NCBI GenBank assembly: GCA_038062115.1
Contig: JBBTXS010000012.1
Span: forward strand, 23,141-87,140
Length of the DNA: 64,000 bases
Reading direction: 5' to 3'
Source of the DNA: Patescibacteria group bacterium
Lineage (GTDB): Bacteria; Patescibacteriota; Microgenomatia; Levybacterales; UBA12049
Below are positions 59,597 through 64,000 of the stretch, piece by piece. How positions within the stretch are numbered: position 1 is the stretch's first letter; each line of letters starts with the position of its first letter. The notes under the pieces were generated by a model. The model made no database searches, was not told where the DNA came from, and worked only from the letters and a program-made list of their open reading frames with translations. A program made the translations under genes and the position numbers.

Positions 59597-61023
59597 TCTG
59601 TTTCTTGTTCGTATTTATAAGCAACGTTTAGTATTAACGCTTCCGAAAACTGGGGGCCGATGATTTGCATGCCAATGGGTAGACCTTGTTTTGAAAATCC
59701 GCAGGGAACACTGATGCCAGGAAGCCCTGCGATAGAGGACGGTTCTACCAATACATCTGCCATTTCGCCAAACATAGGATGATTTTTGCTAGAGCCAAGA
59801 GGTAACGCTGTTGATGGACTTGTTGGCCCTATAATTACATCTACTCCGCCAGTTGACGGATTAAATGCTTTTTCAAAGTCTTGAATTATAAGTGTTCTAA
59901 CTTTTTGTGCTTTATTGTAATATTGGTCATAGTACCCAGCAGACAATGTATATGTTCCAAGCATTATTCTCCGTTTTGCCTCATCGCCAAAGTAAGATCG
60001 ATCATTACCATACCTAATCCCATCGTATCGCGCAAGATTTGAAGAGACTTCCGAACGCTGAAGAATCGTATATACTGCGATTGCATATTTTGGTGGAAAA
60101 AGTTTAATAGTTTTTATTATTGCACCCTTTTTTTCTAAAACTTTTAAAGCATTATGTACTCCATTTTGAACTTCTTGATCAACACCCTCGAAATAATCAT
60201 TAGAAACTCCTATCTTGACTTTCTCAATCGATCGATTGAGATTTTTGGTATAGTATGGTACTTTTTTGGGAGAAGTAGTGGCATCAAAAGAATCTTTTCC
60301 TGCTAATACTTGTAAAATTAATGCACTATCTTCTACAGTTTTTGTAATTGGGCCAGGAGAATCAAGAGAAGACGCCATTGCGATAAGGCCATATCTACTT
60401 ACCCTTCCATAAGTTGGCTTAAGACCTACAACTCCACACCAAGATGCTGGTTGTCGAATAGAACCAGCAGTTTCTGATCCAATTCCAGCAATTGCTTGAT
60501 TAGCTGCAACGCTTGCCGCAGCGCCGCCTGATGATCCACCAGGTAAAAAATTCGTATTCCAAGGATTTTTTGTAGTTCCATAATCAGAAGTTTCGGTTGA
60601 TGATCCATGCGCCCACGCATCCATGTTGGTTTTTCCAAGCATTATCATCCCAGCATCTTTGAGTCGGTTTACAACTGTAGCATCATATGGTGGAATAAAA
60701 TCATCAAGTACCTTACTTGACGCAGTTGTTCGAATACCTTTTGTACAAAAATTATCTTTTATGCTAATAGGGATGCCAAGAAGGGGAAGAGTATTTAATT
60801 GCTCAATTGTTAAATTGTTAAATTGTTTGTCTGCCATTTTTGCAGCTCCGATTGCTTCTTTTTCGCAAACTGTAATAAACGCATTTATCTTTGAGTCGAG
60901 TTTTTTAATTTGGTCTAGGCAGTCTTCGGTAAGTTCGAAAGATGAAAATTTTTTATTCCTTAATCCTTCTTGTGCTTGTTTAATTGTTAGTTGATTTAGT
61001 TTCATAGTTTCTCTCAATGTCAT
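59569..61023 (-). CDS. gatA: Glutamyl-tRNA(Gln) amidotransferase subunit A (amidase signature family)
   Basis: GGSSGGAAASVAA (amidase signature) with the Ser-cisSer-Lys triad context. Confidence 0.9.
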   Translation of the reverse strand: MTLRETMKLNQLTIKQAQEGLRNKKFSSFELTEDCLDQIKKLDSKINAFITVCEKEAIGAAKMADKQFNNLTIEQLNTLPLLGIPISIKDNFCTKGIRTTASSKVLDDFIPPYDATVVNRLKDAGMIMLGKTNMDAWAHGSSTETSDYGTTKNPWNTNFLPGGSSGGAAASVAANQAIAGIGSETAGSIRQPASWCGVVGLKPTYGRVSRYGLIAMASSLDSPGPITKTVEDSALILQVLAGKDSFDATTSPKKVPYYTKNLNRSIEKVKIGVSNDYFEGVDQEVQNGVHNALKVLEKKGAIIKTIKLFPPKYAIAVYTILQRSEVSSNLARYDGIRYGNDRSYFGDEAKRRIMLGTYTLSAGYYDQYYNKAQKVRTLIIQDFEKAFNPSTGGVDVIIGPTSPSTALPLGSSKNHPMFGEMADVLVEPSSIAGLPGISVPCGFSKQGLPIGMQIIGPQFSEALILNVAYKYEQETEWHKQKPIL

Positions 61024-61037
61024 GCTGAATTTATTTC

Positions 61038-61089
61038 AGCATCTATTTTCTGTCATGAGTAAGATTCTGAAACAAGTTCAGGATGACAC
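61038..61089. repeat. Family B palindromic element between gatA and gatC
   Basis: catgctgaatttatttcagcatc hairpin plus gattctgaaacaagttcaggatgacac. Confidence 0.7.
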
Positions 61090-61093
61090 AGAA

Positions 61094-61375
61094 CTATCCA
61101 TCTAGTATTGTTTTTACTTTAAATAAACCATTATGTACAGACTTTGCATTTTTTAAAACTTCTTCTTGAGAAAGCGAGGGTTTTGCTTCATCTTCTCTTG
61201 TAACATTTTCCAGGCCTGTTACTTGACTTGTAGGTTCAATATTTTCTGTAGCAACTTCTTTTAGTTTGTTTATATACTGTAAGATTGAAAAGAGTTGTTT
61301 TTGAAATTTTTCCTTTTTATCTTCTTTTATCTGTAGATTCGCAAGTTTTGCAATATGGGAAACATCTATTTTCAT
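61094..61375 (-). CDS. gatC: Glutamyl-tRNA(Gln) amidotransferase subunit C
   Basis: ~93 aa: MKIDVSHIAKLANLQIKEDKKEKF...PTSQVTGLENVTREDE... resembles GatC. The ORF could extend to 61540, but only by crossing a palindromic intergenic region. Confidence 0.7.
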   Translation of the reverse strand: MKIDVSHIAKLANLQIKEDKKEKFQKQLFSILQYINKLKEVATENIEPTSQVTGLENVTREDEAKPSLSQEEVLKNAKSVHNGLFKVKTILDG

Positions 61376-61491
61376 AAATTTGCCTTTCCCCCGAGTTTTG
61401 TTAATTAATGATGCAAAGGATCTCTTTTCTAGGAGATCCCTCTGCCTGCTGACCTCGGGATGAGTCTGAAATAACATTCCAGACTCAGTTA

Positions 61492-62358
61492 TTATACCGA
61501 AATACCCAAGCGTTTCGCAATTGTCTCGTGGGCTTGCCATTCAAGGGAGTCGTTAAGAGAGGAGAGGTTGATAGATTTTTTGTACTTTCTCTTAAGAGCA
61601 AGTTTTATTAGGTAATCTGCAAAATGGGGATTTTTTGGGAGGATTGGGCCGTGTAAATAGCTTCCAAAACTGTTTTTATAAACTACTCCTTCTGTTTTAT
61701 CTTCTCCATTATTCCCAAAACCCTTAAGAACTTTACCCAAAGGTTTTATCTCTTTGCCAAGATAAGTTCTACCCCCATGATTCTCGAACCCAACCAGATA
61801 ATCCTTTTTGTCATTGCGAGGAGTTCTGAGCTTGTCGAAGGACGACGAAGCAATCCCATTGATTTGAGATTGCTTCACTTCGTTCGTAATGACATCTGTT
61901 TTGATGACAACATTTCCAATAAGTCTCGGTACTTTTTCTCCCCGGTTTTCTGTACATAAATCTAGGATACATAGTCCATCGATAATATTTCCGTCTGCTT
62001 CTTTGTAGTATTTGCCTAAAAACTGATAAGCGCCGCAAATATAAAGGCCTGTAACCCCATCCTCTATAATCTCTTTTAGCGCTTTTACCTTTTCTTTGCT
62101 AAAATCATGGGAAACGATTTTTTGCTGCGTATCTTGTGCTCCGCCCATAAATAGAAAATCACAAGATCTTAAATCTTGAATCTTAAATCCTAAATCTAAA
62201 TGTTTTACCTTAGTCTCAATCTTTCGCCATTCACATCGCTTTTGAAGACAAATAATATTACCTCTATCGCCATAGGTACTCATTAACTCTGGATACAACC
62301 AACCAATAACCAACTTATAATTCATACACTTATTGTCATCCCGAGCGAAGGGATGCAC
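61492..62358 (-). CDS. gatD: GatD-like glutamine amidotransferase (CobB/CobQ-type GATase partner of MurT), with an in-frame palindromic-element insertion
   Basis: It is adjacent to murT, has a GATase-like Cys context (LYICGAYQFLG), and ends in HGP. An inserted ~29 aa (DVITNEVKQSQINGIASSSFDKLRTPRNDKKD) is encoded by 61809..61895. Confidence 0.7.
   Translation of the reverse strand: MHPFARDDNKCMNYKLVIGWLYPELMSTYGDRGNIICLQKRCEWRKIETKVKHLDLGFKIQDLRSCDFLFMGGAQDTQQKIVSHDFSKEKVKALKEIIEDGVTGLYICGAYQFLGKYYKEADGNIIDGLCILDLCTENRGEKVPRLIGNVVIKTDVITNEVKQSQINGIASSSFDKLRTPRNDKKDYLVGFENHGGRTYLGKEIKPLGKVLKGFGNNGEDKTEGVVYKNSFGSYLHGPILPKNPHFADYLIKLALKRKYKKSINLSSLNDSLEWQAHETIAKRLGISV
61809..61895. repeat. Family A palindromic element inserted in frame within gatD
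   Basis: tgtcattgcgag...gaagcaatcccattgatttgagattgcttc...cgtaatgacat. Confidence 0.8.
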
Positions 62359-62443
62359 CAGACGGTGCGTCCCGAAGTCGAGGGATCTCCTGCAATTGCG
62401 ATGAAAGAGATTTCTCTCAGGCTTCGCCTGATCGAAATGACAA
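62333..62443. repeat. Family A palindromic element (111 bp) between murT and gatD
   Basis: ttgtcatcccgag...cgaaatgacaa. It shares the module tctcaggcttcgcctgatc with the copy at 57.3 kb and has an internal palindrome gggatgcaccagacggtgcgtccc. Confidence 0.8.
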
Positions 62444-62459
62444 ATGAACTAAATAAAAA

Positions 62460-63830
62460 TTACAATATTTTCTTTCCTGTTAATATTTTTCTAACTTCAA
62501 GCATTGCAGAATATGTCGGCAAGATATATAAGATATCACTTTTATTCATTTCTTCTAGCCCTTGCATAATAGCTCGTTTTAAATCTTTAATAATTTTAAA
62601 TTTTACACTTTTATTTTTTATTTTTAATCTTTCATTTTTAATTTCAGAAGAACTCGAATATTTTAGTCTTAAACCCATATCGTAGGCACGCTCTCCGCTT
62701 ATAATAATACTTTTTATTCCATCAGGTTCTTCTGTGTCTACATCCCAAATCCACGAAACATCTCGGCCATCTGGAATGCGATCATTCAAAACAAACACTA
62801 CATTTCTCGCACCTAAACTTGCTACAGTCCTAAGGGATTCGTTAAAGCTTGTTGGGTTTTTGGATAGAAATATTTGTGCTTTTTTACCGTTGATATCAAA
62901 TATTTCTTGCCTGCCAAATGCTGGAATAAATGTTCTTAAGGATTTGTTAATTATCTCATCAGAAACCCCAATCTTTTTAGTAACTAGAACTGTCGCAAGA
63001 ATGTTATAAAGATTATATGTCCCTGTCAACCTGCTTGGTGGGGGAGTCGAAAAAATATTTTTGGGTCGTATATTTTCGCAGTTTTTACATTCCCAATTTC
63101 CAAGATGAGAGTAATAAACTGAATGATAATAAAGTTTCGAGTTACAGTTTGGACAATAAGTTGAGTCAGCTGCGTGTTGATATGCTGTTTGAGCGAGCTT
63201 TTTATCGTTAAGCCCAAAGTAGAACACCAAGGTGTAGCTACGTTTTAACACCCGATGTTCAATCCTATATCTGTTCTGTTGGAATCCTAGGTAGGCAATC
63301 TGCGGATCATCTGCGTTAAGGATAAGTTGAATTTTTGGAAGGAGATGTCGAATGGCATCTCTCCACTTACCAGCAATTGTATTAACTTCGCCATATCTGT
63401 CTAATTGATCTCTAAATAAATTAAGAAGAATTAAATAATCAGGAGTTATCTCTTTTAACGCTAATGGTAAAGTTGCTTCGTCAACTTCAAATATCGCATA
63501 ATCATAATTAATTGTCGAAAGTATATTACTATGTAGTACTATACTTGACGCAATTCCGTTTAAAAGATTTGCACCGGATTCATTTTGAAAAGTTCTATAA
63601 TTAGCATTTTTTAAGATAGTTTGGATGAGTTTACCAGTTGTTGTTTTTCCATTAGTTCCTGCAATTAAAATTATTTTAAGCTGCGGATTTGCTTCAATAA
63701 GTTCTCTGATAAAGTTTTTATTTGCTAAAAGCGCAATATGCCCCGGCCACGTTGATCCATTACCAATGCGAAAAGAAGTACTTATTGAAGAAAGAAGCTT
63801 TCCAATTATTATGAGAAAAAAATTAATCAT
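62460..63830 (-). CDS. murT: MurT (Mur-ligase-family subunit of lipid II isoglutaminyl synthase)
   Basis: Mur ligase P-loop GTNGKTTT and the C-terminal MurT Cys4 ribbon CPNCNSKLYY...CKNCEN. Confidence 0.85.
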   Translation of the reverse strand: MINFFLIIIGKLLSSISTSFRIGNGSTWPGHIALLANKNFIRELIEANPQLKIILIAGTNGKTTTGKLIQTILKNANYRTFQNESGANLLNGIASSIVLHSNILSTINYDYAIFEVDEATLPLALKEITPDYLILLNLFRDQLDRYGEVNTIAGKWRDAIRHLLPKIQLILNADDPQIAYLGFQQNRYRIEHRVLKRSYTLVFYFGLNDKKLAQTAYQHAADSTYCPNCNSKLYYHSVYYSHLGNWECKNCENIRPKNIFSTPPPSRLTGTYNLYNILATVLVTKKIGVSDEIINKSLRTFIPAFGRQEIFDINGKKAQIFLSKNPTSFNESLRTVASLGARNVVFVLNDRIPDGRDVSWIWDVDTEEPDGIKSIIISGERAYDMGLRLKYSSSSEIKNERLKIKNKSVKFKIIKDLKRAIMQGLEEMNKSDILYILPTYSAMLEVRKILTGKKIL

Positions 63831-63832
63831 TA

Positions 63833-64000
63833 CTACATTGAGCGAAGAATTTTAATTCTCTCTTCAATCGGTGGGTGGGTGTTGAAAAGATTTGCAAACC
63901 AGCTACCTGAAATTTTATCTTTAAATGGATTCGCAATATACAAATGTGCAGTCGCATTATTTGCTACTTCCAAGGGTTCCTTATCTTTTGCAATTTTTGA
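63833..64000 (-). CDS. htpX: C-terminal part of an M48/HtpX-like zinc metalloprotease; the 5' end lies beyond the window
   Basis: The minus-strand translation ends ...NTHPPIEERIKILRSM*, matching the HtpX C-terminal THPP..ERI motif. Confidence 0.55.
   Translation of the reverse strand, partial: SKIAKDKEPLEVANNATAHLYIANPFKDKISGSWFANLFNTHPPIEERIKILRSM

Noticed and set aside
61777-62038. Two small ORFs (60 aa and 75 aa) inside gatD
   Set aside because: They lie in alternative frames or antisense within a well-supported CDS and arise from the GC-rich inserted element.
62353-62685. 110-aa plus-strand ORF
   Set aside because: It starts inside the palindromic element at 62.3 kb and runs antisense to the murT 3' end. 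It is AT-rich and low-complexity, and spurious.

Overview
The window is AT-rich (~33% GC) with compact, overlapping, mostly minus-strand housekeeping genes. That layout, plus the MurT/GatD and GatCAB pairs and several truncated enzymes, points to a small-genome bacterium, possibly a Candidate Phyla Radiation/Patescibacteria lineage, though I cannot confirm this without a search. Core genes I can support include uvrA, uvrB, uvrC, lexA, dnaE, the F-type ATP synthase operon (atpB-E-F-H-A-G-D-C), pyrD-F-E, pyrG, eno, gpmA, pgm/pmm, cysS, obg, efp, rplS, secG, rsmI, yraN, gatC-A-B and murT/gatD, with tRNA-Gly(UCC), tRNA-Leu(UAA), tRNA-Pro(UGG), tRNA-Glu(UUC), tRNA-Lys(UUU) and tRNA-Thr(CGU). Three things stand out beyond this. 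(1) A large serine recombinase gene sits between two perfect 103-bp inverted repeats that abut a tRNA cluster, followed by a GC-richer gene for an FtsH-like (M41) peptidase domain that lacks the AAA ATPase. (2) There is an abundant family of small GC-rich palindromic elements with conserved termini TTGTCATTSCGAG...CTCGSAATGACA, at least 12 copies plus two related families. Several copies are inserted in frame inside conserved genes (gatB, gatD, uvrC and a membrane protein), and several carry locus-specific outer inverted and direct repeats. (3) A 205-bp MITE-like insertion with 15-bp perfect terminal inverted repeats interrupts codon 4 of a holA-like gene and is flanked by a 138-bp perfect direct duplication that restores the gene. 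Other items worth a look are a DUF458(YkuK-like)/HExxH two-gene cassette, a truncated PEP-utilising enzyme, a 94-aa Ogt-like protein, a GC-rich structured non-coding region with orphan small ORFs (7.5-8.8 kb), and a candidate structured RNA at 26.16-26.35 kb. I found no CRISPR array and no rRNA.
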